Shown piece by piece: positions 49,081 to 60,524 of a stretch of DNA of 64,000 nt; the stretch's first letter is position 1; each line of letters opens with the position of its first letter. The notes under the pieces were generated by a model. It searched no databases. It saw only the letters and a list, made by a program, of their open reading frames with translations, and had not been told where the DNA came from. The stretch lies in the NCBI GenBank assembly GCA_010405405.1, contig MU004233.1, positions 1,501,122 through 1,565,121 on the forward strand. The letters are read 5' to 3'. Made by a program: the position numbers and the translations under genes. This DNA comes from Microthyrium microscopicum. Taxonomy: Eukaryota.

Positions 49081-49749
49081 ATGTTTAACGTGCGACCCCA
49101 ATCCCCAACTCTCCAACAGGCTAGAGAAGATCTCATCCATTCATTGAGCCGAGTGCAAATTCGGATGTCTAACGGTTATATACGTCGGAGTTCGGATTCC
49201 TTGGAGCCACAAGTCATCTCTTGGGAAAGATATACTGTCAATAACTACCGTCGACTTCGAAATAGAAAATACAAGAGAGATGATGGCGCTCGCCTGCGAA
49301 AACGGGTTCTGAAGCGCAATCACAAGCGCCTTGGCCTGAGCAGCAAGCCTTTCGACGGACCCGTCCTTGACACCAAGACCTCACTCCCCTTTTCATATGA
49401 GGTGCGCAGCACGTACGACTGCGTGACTGTATCTGTCCGATACTGGGGCGCAGAAGCCAGGGGCAGAACAATCGGTGTATTTCCTCCTATGCCTGGCAAA
49501 GCTATTCTTGGGGGTGCATTGGCTGTAGGTCCATCCGTTACGGTTATTCTTAAGGTAAGTCCTGGTGCTTTTGCTCCAGGTTCAGTCGAAGCGTGGAAAC
49601 ATGATGGAGCGGTTGGTTCCTTTCGCTTTGAAACTTTTGTTGACCACAAGTACATCCGTATAGTTCTTACCGGACCTGACAAGGAGGCCAAGGTGCTTAT
49701 TGATCGAGAGTCACTTCAACGTGTTCCAAATTCCCGGTACTCGCCATAA
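49081..49749 (+). CDS. Orphan family protein, copy 4
   Basis: 222 aa: SDSLEPQVI, KRNH, DGPVLD, PFSYEVR, GKAILGGA, LKVSP, IDRES. Confidence 0.75.
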   Translation: MFNVRPQSPTLQQAREDLIHSLSRVQIRMSNGYIRRSSDSLEPQVISWERYTVNNYRRLRNRKYKRDDGARLRKRVLKRNHKRLGLSSKPFDGPVLDTKTSLPFSYEVRSTYDCVTVSVRYWGAEARGRTIGVFPPMPGKAILGGALAVGPSVTVILKVSPGAFAPGSVEAWKHDGAVGSFRFETFVDHKYIRIVLTGPDKEAKVLIDRESLQRVPNSRYSP

Positions 49750-50056
49750 TTAGAGTCGTGAGCAGGTATTACAGGAAAGTAGAAGTGTAATAAGAGCTGG
49801 GTTCAAATTTGCTTCGCTTTAGGGATTGGAAGACGTAATTTAGCAGAGTATTACTATGCAGTGTCTGATTAGAAATTGATATCATTGATCGAACAAACTA
49901 TTCCAGTGAATTGATCTTGAGCGGTGTATTGGAGACGACAACTACAACATAAGAAACCGAATCCTTGTTTTCTAACCACACTGAAACTTTAACAACAATC
50001 AAATGAGCGAATATGCCCAGCAGCAGTCCTCTCCAGGAAACTCGCTGTCTCGGAAC

Positions 50057-51703
50057 TTATAGCTCCAATTCTTCGACATGAGACTGTTGACCCCAGTCTC
50101 CAGTCACACTGCACACAACCTTTGTGACAGGTTCCATGCTCTGGACGAATCTCATCTGTATCAGCACACGTGGGGGGTGACGCCATGAAGTATGCGTCGA
50201 GAATGACCATTCCCAATTGTCCTTCTCCTCGCCTAACGTCTCGCGGATATGGCGCATACGTTCATGGTGTATTCGGAAGTTGAGCGGAAGTGGATAGGCT
50301 GCTCGAGGATGAGAAGCATAGCCCTCCTTCATGTGAGCATGGTATGTAGGGTCGATATTGGAATGGGCAGCAATACAGGTAGATGTCGGTGTTGAGATGA
50401 CCTCAGTGGTGGACTTGCTGCAATCGGCGCGACTACTGTTGTCCAGATGTTGGTTGCTGCTCTCAGTGTCTGCCTCGTCACCGCGATGGTTTGTATTGTT
50501 ATTGAAATATTCTGTTGATCTAACACCATAAGCACGGTCAATAGCGTCCACTGGCCCCTCGAAAAGGCGATCAGTGGCAAGTGGAACCATGCGATGGCGC
50601 CACAACTGAGTGGCATAACCCTGCTCATCATGAACTTGATTTCTAGAGTTGATGTTAGGCGTTATCGTGACAACATCATCATCTAAGGTCTCAGTAGTAG
50701 AGTCGCCTTCGTCAGCTGGGTTGACGTGTTTCTGGAGAGCTGTGATACTCTCCCCAGAATTCTTGTCATCAAGACTATCAATGTCTTTTGCCATGGGCGG
50801 AGCACGCGGCGGGAGCTGGTGTGCCCACAACCACGCGTAGTAATCGTTAAGTCGAAACTCCAGGAAGTGTTTGTCACAAGAATCTGGGAGATGCTCCCGT
50901 GCTAATGGGTATCGCAACATGTACAGAGATCGACATCGGCACCGACCTAGGTCAAATCCTACTTCCAAGTGTTTCAGAGCTGGGAATGACTTGCGAAGCT
51001 TGTCGATGGTCAGACGTAGAGAGTCGTCCCATTTTCGTGGATGTTCTCCCACAAATTCTTCTCCAAATTCTTCAACATCATCATCATCAAAATCAGCAAT
51101 AGGGTCAGGAATTTGCAAGTCCGAGCCCTCTAAGGCGTTGTACGTATCCAAGTAGAGAGTTACGGTCTTGACATTCGGAAAGAAAGATCCAAATCCTACC
51201 GTAATGTCGCCAAAGTCTCGCACTAACCATGCATTGCGAAATACGAGGTGATTGATGGACCAAAGGGCTTTGAGGCGTAGTGAGGTATTTCCGTGGGGAG
51301 GAAGATGGCCACTAAACATTTGTTTACCATCACCCCAGAGGTACTGGAAGCTGTTTTGGCTGTACAGGATGCCATAGCCTTCGTCGTAGAATTGATGACA
51401 TGTCGCCAAGACTTGCGGATACAACAATTGCTGTTTAGGAGGCACTTGCCTGATTTCAAAGTCATAATATGGAAGGCTTGTTGATGGATACCAATATGGA
51501 CGGCGCGGGAAAAGACTTTTGTAGAACATCTGCGGAGTGAGGACACAATCCTTAGCACGGACGAGAAGATATCGGAATATGAGAAGCCGAATTTCAGGCG
51601 GAATGATGTTCTGCAGATATGGGACTGGCAGATCGAAAAGAGATGCAGCAGACGTGTTGCTGGCGAACGGGTCAAGTGATGGCGGAAGCGGTTGGTTGGT
51701 CAT
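50057..51703 (-). CDS. F-box-like fungal protein
   Basis: 548-aa ORF with IPPEIRLLIFRYLL and QVLATCHQFYDEGYGILYSQNSF, typical of expanded fungal F-box-like families. Confidence 0.65.
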   Translation of the reverse strand: MTNQPLPPSLDPFASNTSAASLFDLPVPYLQNIIPPEIRLLIFRYLLVRAKDCVLTPQMFYKSLFPRRPYWYPSTSLPYYDFEIRQVPPKQQLLYPQVLATCHQFYDEGYGILYSQNSFQYLWGDGKQMFSGHLPPHGNTSLRLKALWSINHLVFRNAWLVRDFGDITVGFGSFFPNVKTVTLYLDTYNALEGSDLQIPDPIADFDDDDVEEFGEEFVGEHPRKWDDSLRLTIDKLRKSFPALKHLEVGFDLGRCRCRSLYMLRYPLAREHLPDSCDKHFLEFRLNDYYAWLWAHQLPPRAPPMAKDIDSLDDKNSGESITALQKHVNPADEGDSTTETLDDDVVTITPNINSRNQVHDEQGYATQLWRHRMVPLATDRLFEGPVDAIDRAYGVRSTEYFNNNTNHRGDEADTESSNQHLDNSSRADCSKSTTEVISTPTSTCIAAHSNIDPTYHAHMKEGYASHPRAAYPLPLNFRIHHERMRHIRETLGEEKDNWEWSFSTHTSWRHPPRVLIQMRFVQSMEPVTKVVCSVTGDWGQQSHVEELEL

Positions 51704-52663
51704 AGTGGCTGAGTGGCGATAGCGGTCAAGTAGCGGAAGTAGTCGTGGAGAAAGATGTTGAATAGTACAGGGAAAAAGTAAGCCGGAGTTTATATATCTA
51801 AAACATAGTAAGTTATGACTATTTGAGGTAGAGTTTCGTCCAGAGGTTACGAATGTTCCAAACGCAAAAACAAGGCTGAAGCATAGAGCCTCACAGGCAA
51901 GACAAGTTATTACGCGGTACTCCTCTCCAAGGCGCTTACCGGATGGTCTTGCCGCTGATCAACTGCGGTCGATAATAGATCCTGACCAGGCGCATGAAAT
52001 CCCACAGGTGCCCCAGGTGGTCAAGCGTAAGGTCAACAACCACGCAATGCGTTATCTCCACTGCTCCCAATGCTTCGCTGTCGCTTTTTTGAAAGAGTTG
52101 ACACAGGGCGTCGTTCTCTCTGTAATGAGCTGACATATAAGTCAGGTAAATCGACTTTACCCAAGTTCATAGGCGATGTCTCATGTGGCAGAACAGGTAG
52201 CTAGTAATAGGCTGAATACTTCTGGACTGTCAATAATGACTTTGAAAGATAAGCAAAAGAAAACGCACCGCTTCCCCTGCGAGGTGAACCGCTGCTAGGT
52301 GGAAGTGATGTTTTGTAACTTCGTAAGGCAGAAATCAGGTTGTTCAAATACTTAAAGAGAACGAAGTCTTCCTCGGGCCCATTGCCAAGGCTATTATCTG
52401 ACTCAACTCCTAAAATACAAATGTTTAGAGCGATAGCTTAGTAGATATATTTGCTAACAAGCAAAGGATTGTGGGCAGGCGGCAGCAGGTAACAGCAACA
52501 GGTAGTTGGAGGTAGAGGCTACGTAAAGAGCAACTGGGGGCTATGAAGTCGTTGCTTCACGACGCGCCTTGATTGATGATCGACGTGTTCTTCTTCTAGA
52601 ATCTACGGTAATAGATTGCAAGACAATTGTCAGAGCATAATTCTAGAGTATCCGGTCTCAATT

Positions 52664-53086
52664 ATGTCGACTTCAGATATCGTGACTCTTAAACACCAGC
52701 TGACAATCACGCCAAAGACAGCAACACTGCTTATCAAAGCAGGCTACACGGATTATAGAGATCTCGCCCATGTTTCCCCAGAACAAGTTGCAAAACAGTT
52801 TGCTGACAGCCTCAAAGTACCCATCAAACACGCATTAGCTTACAAGCGACCATTACGGCGGATCGTATGGCTTGGGACTCAGAAACATCCTGAGAATCAT
52901 CCCAAGGATTGTAAGAACTGGTCAAACAAAGCATTGATGGCGAGAGGTGTATGGTCATCCGATTTTGATCGATTGACAGGAAACGAGATTGATGTCAAGC
53001 TCAAAGACGCCGAAAGCATCGGGATCAAAAAGGAGACGAAGCAGAAAATGAGCATGGAGGCAAAGGAGGTCAATCACGAGGACTAG
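52664..53086 (+). CDS. Small helix-hairpin-helix protein (Cdd1/TfoX-C-like)
   Basis: 140 aa, intronless. ITPKTATLLIKAGYTDYRDLAHVSPEQV is HhH-like, followed by LRRIVWL..PE..KNWS. Confidence 0.6.
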   Translation: MSTSDIVTLKHQLTITPKTATLLIKAGYTDYRDLAHVSPEQVAKQFADSLKVPIKHALAYKRPLRRIVWLGTQKHPENHPKDCKNWSNKALMARGVWSSDFDRLTGNEIDVKLKDAESIGIKKETKQKMSMEAKEVNHED

Positions 53087-53441
53087 ATGCCCTTCTCAGA
53101 GTTCAGAGTTCCGTACTCACTTTGACAAAAAAACGTCTGGAGCTATTCGGATCTTGAAAAGGGGAAACCCGGACAAGCATGCTCTCATCGCAGCAAGACT
53201 GTTAGCTGATGAGGTTGATTGACGCCATGGACAAGGGCGATCAGCTTCCGTTTCAACATTCCATTACACATTGCCTGCCATGAACTCTACCGAATCAATT
53301 ACTTGGCAATGGACAATACCTCGACTGAGGAGCATTCACACCCTTTTATGACCTAACGAGAATTCGATCAAAGAGACGATTCATCGTCAACTTCCAACCC
53401 CTATCCACAACCAACAACAAATCCCCCTATCCAACTCCCAA

Positions 53442-54377
53442 TCAACCCTCCTTCCTCCCAACAAAACAATGCACATAAAACTGCAAATACGCCCCACTCT
53501 CCACCTCCCTCGCCATATCCTTCTTAACCCTCTCCACCCTCTCCTCATCAAGCACCTCCTTCCCACTCGCCATCCGCTGCTTCAACGCACCAACAACCAC
53601 ACCCACCATAACCTTCGTCGCCGCGCCCCGCTGCGAGATCTCTCGCTCGGAACTCACCACATCCGTCTTAACATCCACCAACGACTTGCCAAAACCATCC
53701 CTCAACAGACCAAGGACTTGCGACGCGCTCTGCACAATCGCTTCCCCGGAACCTAGCATTGTATTCAATTCACCTTGGAACACCGTCGTGGATGCGGTGG
53801 GTTTTGTGCGCAATACATATGTCGCGGGCGCAGGGTTAATTTCTTCCCATTGCAAATACCCGCCTGGTTTGAGGAGTGTTGTCAGATTCGCTACGGCGGG
53901 TGCCCATTCTTCAGCCTGGAGGGCGAAAATTAGCAGGCGCGCGTGTACCAGGTCGAATGTACCGAGTAGTTCGGGTGGGAAAGGCTGTTTGAAGTCTGAG
54001 AGGTGGAAGTGTAGGTTAGAGGAGCTGTTGAAGTCGGGGTGTATTTGGGCGGCGGAGATGTCGAAGCCGTGGAGGACGTAGGATGGGTTGGTGCGCGCGA
54101 TGTCGAGGAGCCAGATACCTGTGCCGGTGCCAATGTCTGCGATGGTAGCGTTGGGGGGAAGGGAGGCGGTGGCTGTGGGATGGATTTCGTAGCCTAGGGA
54201 GCTGTGGAGATGGTCAGTGAGATGTGAGTACTTGGAAGCATAGGGATCAAAGTTCGTGAGCTGGAGGATTGTGGTGGAATCGATGGTTGGGGATATGTAC
54301 GTTACGTAGACTTTATGTTGCTCATTCAAGCGACGAGTTTCTTCAGCGTCGCGGTTCAGGAGATAGGTTTCTGGCAT
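53442..54377 (-). CDS. Class I SAM-dependent methyltransferase (LaeA-like family)
   Basis: YLLNRDAEETRRLNEQH, IADIGTGTGIWL, GFDIS, FDLVHARLL, LLKPGGYLQWEE. Probable in-frame intron near 54240-54305. Confidence 0.88.
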   Translation of the reverse strand: MPETYLLNRDAEETRRLNEQHKVYVTYISPTIDSTTILQLTNFDPYASKYSHLTDHLHSSLGYEIHPTATASLPPNATIADIGTGTGIWLLDIARTNPSYVLHGFDISAAQIHPDFNSSSNLHFHLSDFKQPFPPELLGTFDLVHARLLIFALQAEEWAPAVANLTTLLKPGGYLQWEEINPAPATYVLRTKPTASTTVFQGELNTMLGSGEAIVQSASQVLGLLRDGFGKSLVDVKTDVVSSEREISQRGAATKVMVGVVVGALKQRMASGKEVLDEERVERVKKDMAREVESGAYLQFYVHCFVGRKEG

Positions 54378-55060
54378 TGTGAGAGTAAGTCTGTTGGTAT
54401 CAATGTAGCTAAAAGTATGATCAGACAGATGAGTACGAAGTTAGACACCTTCAAAATCTTATATGCTACTTCTTGCTCACTAAGTCAGCCTATGATCGTG
54501 CATGGCATTGCATAAGCTCAACCTAAGGGTCTACCTGGTAACTTCGCATCGGATTTAGAGCATGTCAGCTAGTCCCCCAACCTAATTGTGTATAAGTATT
54601 GAGCTAGATCATGGCTCTCTATGTAGTGTAGATCGCATTCTTATCACGAGGCATCCATGTGGGGCTCTTGGTAGACCAGTTGAGTTGCAACAAATATACA
54701 CCTATACCTAGTGCTAGATCTTGGAGTGAGCATATGATCCGCAGTGAAGCCGAAGATCTTGACCAGATATGCATCATCTCCACCGCAACTCCGCAAATTA
54801 GCTTCGCTAGCCTCCAAGTCCCTTTAGTGCACTAATATCTGACTAAGAGCTTTTCTTCAAGCCAGGGGCCTGATATCAATCTTGATCGTTGAGAAGCAAA
54901 TAAGATATTAGCATAGATGTCATTTTAATACTACATCATTCATACAAACGAAGCCACCCGCAATAGCCAAGCAATGCACCTACGCTAGACATGAAGATGG
55001 TGAACTACCTAACAAAAAAACACAGAAGAACCCTCGAGTTCAGCAAGCCGAAAGGAGTAG

Positions 55061-57738
55061 CTAGCCCTTCTCTGAAGCTTCTACACCCTTCGCTTCATCC
55101 TCGTCACTTTCTTCCAAAGCCGCTTTCATCATCGCCTCAAGTCCATCATCACCGTCGTCGTCGTCGTCTTCCTCATCCTGCTCCATGCCGTTCCCATTCT
55201 CCGCCTTAGAAGCAGCGGGCTCCACAATCGTGGGAATCGCACCCTTCTTTCCATTGAGACCCTTTCCATAAGTAGCGTTCTCCACCTTTGTAAGACTGCT
55301 AGTCCGTTCAAAGGCACGCTTCTTGCGCTTCTGCAGGTCCGACTCGCCCCACGCGGCCTCCTCAGCCGCTGTCCGCGGTGGATCTGCCTCTCCGCGCTTG
55401 CGCTTGCGATGTGGTAGACTCTTTTGACTGTCTTGGCTGTTGTCCGAGTGAGAAGAATCACCGTCGTCATCGTCTTTGTCGTCTCCATCTTCGCTGTCAG
55501 AAGAATTCATGAATTCGGCAAGTTCGGCATCAATACCCTCCCAGGCCTCCTCGTCTATGCCTGTAAGGGCAGGAATGGGATTGCCTTCAGCGTCAAGATC
55601 TACAGATTCCATGTCGTCGTCGGTTTCGCCAGAGGTACCAGTGTCATTCTTAGAGTCACCGGATCTGTCTGCGCGCACGTCGGCTTCGTCGTCGGAGAGG
55701 AGTTCACTCGATTCGCCAGGTAAATCTTCGATTGGTCGGTTATCTGTTTCGACTTCAATGAGATATGGAGTTTCGGAGACGCGCTGCCAGCGCGAGAAGC
55801 ATTCTGCCAGCCAGTGTCTATCAATGATGAAGATATGAGAATACTTGGCAGCTAAGCGCACTTTGGAGGTTCTACGAGTTGGTTCCGCAATGACGTGGGT
55901 TGTGGATTTAGTGAGGTTGGGATTGATGCGGGCGCCAAACGATAGGGCCCAAAATCCAATGTCGGAACTACATGTGTTAGTCTTTGCGATGTATTCGGGC
56001 GTGATTGACTTACTGTTGGTGAGGAATACCCTGGGGTATAACTCCAGTAAAGCAGATGACTACTCCACGAAGAACGTCGAGTTTCATCTTGGGAATTATT
56101 ATCTTCACGTCAGGCACTACTAGAGGTCCATCGGTAATTGATCCCCGCTTGGCACCTCTCGCGCCTTTCAGTTGCGACACTCGGGGTGCAGCCAAGGTCT
56201 TTTCTTCATTTTCTGCATCGAAGCTAGAGAAGAAGTTTTCATGGATGTTCGCGAGATGCTTTGTGAGGTAGATGAGTTCATCATCGTCGTTTCTCAACAA
56301 AGGTTGGTGGCTGTGTGTTGAAGCCGACTGGCGACTTGCTGGTCTATTTTCCCCTGTACCTGCTTCGGCATTTTCTCCATCCTCTTGAGGCGGCGCTTCT
56401 GACTCCGCAATTTCACTATTTGCATCCGAAACCTCAATTCGATCTAACTGCTCTTGCTGCCTGAGTAATGGCCGCTCCTGTACCTGGGCAGCAACTTGCT
56501 CTGCGTGTTGGGTTTCTTGTTGCTCAACAGTAGAGGGATCTGTGCTACCAGCCATTGCAACAAGTTGGTCCTCAATAGATATCGATGGCGACGCGCTAGC
56601 AGAAGCATAGGCGCTATCCGCTTGCGGGCTATTGGTGCTTTCGGCGGTGTTTTCAGCTGGTCTTGGTTGGAGTACGGCAGGTGCGGGCGTAGAGGTATCA
56701 GCAGTAGGATCTAGTTGCGGCAGAAAACTCGCGTTGATGTCTCCCTGTCCAGGGTAGAAGTTAAATGCTTTGACGCGGATGAGATTTGGACTCCAGCTCC
56801 ATACATCGCCACGGTCATCAATAATGACTACCATGTTGGTATCGAAGGGAAAGAGGCGACGCAAATCCTTGGCAGACATACTACCACTCTCATCGCGGCT
56901 TAATATACGGTCGGCAAAGATGTTACCTTTTGGGTCAACAATCCTAGCCACGTTTTCCGCATACGAACGGGTCCCCATTGTATAGATATGCAGCTCGTAA
57001 ATCTGTGACATTTCTTCAAGGAACTCCTTTAACCCAGGCCGCATTTTGATATAATACGTGGATGGATCGCGCCTAGGGCCTTCATCCTGCAACTCAAATG
57101 ATTGTACGTCCTTGACGGCCTCGTGATTCGGATTGGATTCGTCATTCTGCCATTCACCCACGGTTGGATCGCAAACTGCGTGAATGATTGTCTGATCGAG
57201 ATCAACAACGAGAGACAATTTGCGACTTTTCAGGAGACGGCGCATGGCGGATCCTTCAGCCCGACTAGCTTCATTCGCGCTGACTCTGAGATCGGTCGTA
57301 TTATGATTCATGACTATGCCGGCGCGTTGGGTGTTTTTGCGGGTAGAAGTGTAGTCGACTTCCTCCATATCCATTCCGCAGTTACCACACATACCCATAT
57401 ATTGTACATCGTGGGAACAGGCTTCTTTAACTTCGAACAGAGGGACGCTATAAACCAGGTCAGTATGCAATTGCAAACAAGGAAGGGGGAACAAACCCGT
57501 GCTGAGTGATGACTTGATCCTTAGTAATGACCACTCTGGTCAAGGTACCATCGGCGCCAGCTTCGAAGTCGGCATAGCATTTGAGAGGAGTGGGGATCAT
57601 CTCCGGGCCCTCAGGGCGCATAGTTGTGTATTCATACTCGAACAAGACGTCGGACTTCTTGAGCTCGTCGCCAACATTCTTTTGGATGCGTACAATACGA
57701 ATCGGGAACTTGAGACTACGGTCGGTAGTGACCAACAT
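55061..57738 (-). CDS. FCP1: RNA polymerase II CTD phosphatase
   Basis: LFEYEY, CSHDVQYMGMCGNCG, LSLVVDLDQTIIH (DxDxT), YYIKMRPGL, YELHIYTMGTRSYA, VVIIDDRGDVW, BRCT domain (VICFTGVIP..WLAECFSRW) and an acidic tail. Confidence 0.95.
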
Positions 57739-60524
57739 GTTGAGATGACAAAGTGATTGATGAGTTACATGCTCCGTCAAAGGTGCGTATGGTTTCTGGG
57801 GGTTTTGTGCGATATGTGAGGAAGATCTATGGCGGGGTGCAGCGGAAGCTGAGGTGTTATAAACGAACCAGTCTTGGTGGTGAAGTTGCTAATAGTCAGA
57901 GTCGTAGTTAAATAGGAAGGGCGGAAAAGTCGCAATGATGGCAATTGAGGTGGAGGCTGACAATGCGATGGTAGGAGTTCGCGAGGTAATTGTGATGCAG
58001 TAGGAGATATGCCAAATAATAAGTAATTGCCTTGGCGCGTGATTGATATAGGCAGTTGTTGTTTGAAGCAAGTGACAACTTCAAAGAGGGAAAGAGCAAC
58101 TCGGTAGAAGTATAGATGTAAAGATTTAAGGCAGGCACGACAGGCAAAGACACGAGCTGACAGGGGTAGTCGCTGTTGCTTGGCGCGAAGTTGGGAAACC
58201 ACGATGCAGTAGGCCCAAAGAGGCAAGACCAGCCAGACTAGAGCTCTTTCCAAAGATGGCGTTGGGAGCTCGGGCCAAGTGAGGAGACAGCTTTTGCTCT
58301 GGATTTATGGTGGGGGAATCCTCTGGGGAATCCTTCGCTTTTGTAAACCTCTGCACTCTACCCCCGGATCATCTTTTCCCCGCTCCGCCCTTCTTTAACT
58401 TCATCTCCTCGCCGCTTTGGCTTTGTTGTCACTTGCTGTATTTATCCCTTGCTACATTCCCTAGATTCCGTTTGATGCAACCTTATGCTGCTTTCCATAC
58501 CGACTTCTGTCACTTGCTGCCATACACAATTCCGTGCTTCTCATTTGGTTCAGATCTGCTGAGCGGCTTGTAAACCGTGCTCGTAGAAGGTATGATCACA
58601 GATCACACCATACATACTCCTCAATCGCCCTGGATATGGTAACACAAGTTATCTATCTACCATCAATCATCAATGGGCCATTAATATACAGACCAATGAT
58701 TTCTCATCTCACATGTCTTCAGACATTCCCGCACTGGGAAAGTAGTTACTACTACCTGATCAACAGAAAGCGAGTAGGTGAGAAGTACCCTTCACTCTTA
58801 CATACAGCCTAGGGAAATACCCTAGTAAACTTGAATTTCATATTCAGATTACAAGAGACGCTTTATCAACCGTAAACGAGTTCTAGAAATATGCGCCTGC
58901 CCATGATCAGTATTTAAACCAAAGATTATTTCAACGACCAAGCTCTCGCCTGGGTACTTGTATTGATCTCGCCATCACGCATCTTTGACAAGGCCACTCG
59001 AATAACGTTATCTTTTCGACTGCGATATCAAACCATACATTAACGAACCACAACTCTGCTCCCCCTTCCCATCACCACTATTCCCATCACTCCATACTAT
59101 TCGCAACCATCCCGGGAATCCACCAAAACAAGCCCGCATACCAACCCATCCATCCCATCACATCCACAACCTCAAGCCCCATCCCTCCCATTGATCCCAC
59201 CACCAAACCCTTCGCAACGCAATTCCCAGCCCAACGCCAAACCACGCCAAAACCAACCACAGCAGCCACAAACAACCACCGAAGGATTCATGCAGACACG
59301 TGACCTGCATCTCATGCAGACGATAGGTTAAACCGCCCGTGCCAACTAACCACTTCAAAACGCCACCCGCTGCGCTGCTTGGCTGGCCGCAGTGCGGAGG
59401 AATAATTGCGGACAGTTGCCCAGCCCCAATCACATATGCACTTATTATCTCTCCGAACTTCATGCAGGCTATCGCCGATTGGAGGCGTGTACATATGCAG
59501 TGTGCGCAGGAGGATTTTATGGGTGTAAAAGCAAAGACTTGAAATTATTCTCCGATGTACGATATCGTACTGTACGTAGCTGTGGCTTGATATCTTGTAT
59601 GCAACGCATGATCAGAGAAGGAGTGGTCAATGCATTGTGATTCTGCTCATCGCGGTCCTTTAATGTTAGAGTAGCCTTGTATGTGCTGGTTCAAAAGGAG
59701 AATATTTCTTGTTGAATCGATTCATAGACATGGAGAACAGTGTTTTGAGGGATGGGTGTTCTTTAATCATTCCAGGCGAACTGGGAAGCCATGGTTTGCG
59801 ATATAGAGTATTACCAACAAGATTTTGAAGATTCGATCCCATCTAAATGGCAGCAGATCAGATCTTGACCAATATCCTCCAGGTTATCAAGCTTGTAACC
59901 AACAGAGCTTGCCCATTAAATTGCGCGAAGCTGGTGACCAGCGCGAGTCCAATGAGATCCCATACCATACACTGTATACGTTCTCGTACCGAGAAAAACC
60001 AGATAATAAGAATCGGGCGTGTAGAAGTTGAACAACAACCACAGCAAAACCCTGAAAAGTCAAACGCAGACGCCTATACCTAAAATCACTAGTTATTCGC
60101 AATGTACAGTTCAAGCGAAGACAAAATAGCCGCCAGCGATCCATTCGTCATTGTTGCAATGAGCACCAAAAAAAAGGGTAAGAGCAAGACGGAACACATA
60201 ACGCACAGTAAAGGCCGTCAACACACACGCTAAAAGGAAAACGAAACAGGCATTTTTCGCCTGACAAAAGCAAAATACCACACAAGCGCCGATCAGTCCG
60301 GGGTAGTATTGATGCGGTTCAAAGAAAAATTCAGCGCTAGCCTCCAATGCAATGGTTTTCGCACATTGATTGTTGAATGAAAAGAAAAGGTAGACGTGTT
60401 TCCGGGAAACAAGGAGGAGAGGGCTGCTTTGAGATTCCGGAACTGGTTTGTGGAGATAAGGATATTGGGTATCTTCGAAGAAATATCAGATATAGTGGGG
60501 AGCGCTGTGTGATGGAATGGCGAG

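Noticed and set aside
51936..52136. 66-aa ORF ending at a GTAAGC donor as an upstream exon of the F-box-like gene
   Set aside because: The nearest acceptor before 51703 gives the wrong frame.
58126..60347. C/A-rich tract and short ORFs between FCP1 and the C6 transcription factor
   Set aside because: Compositional bias only. No start/splice structure or repeat unit could be supported.
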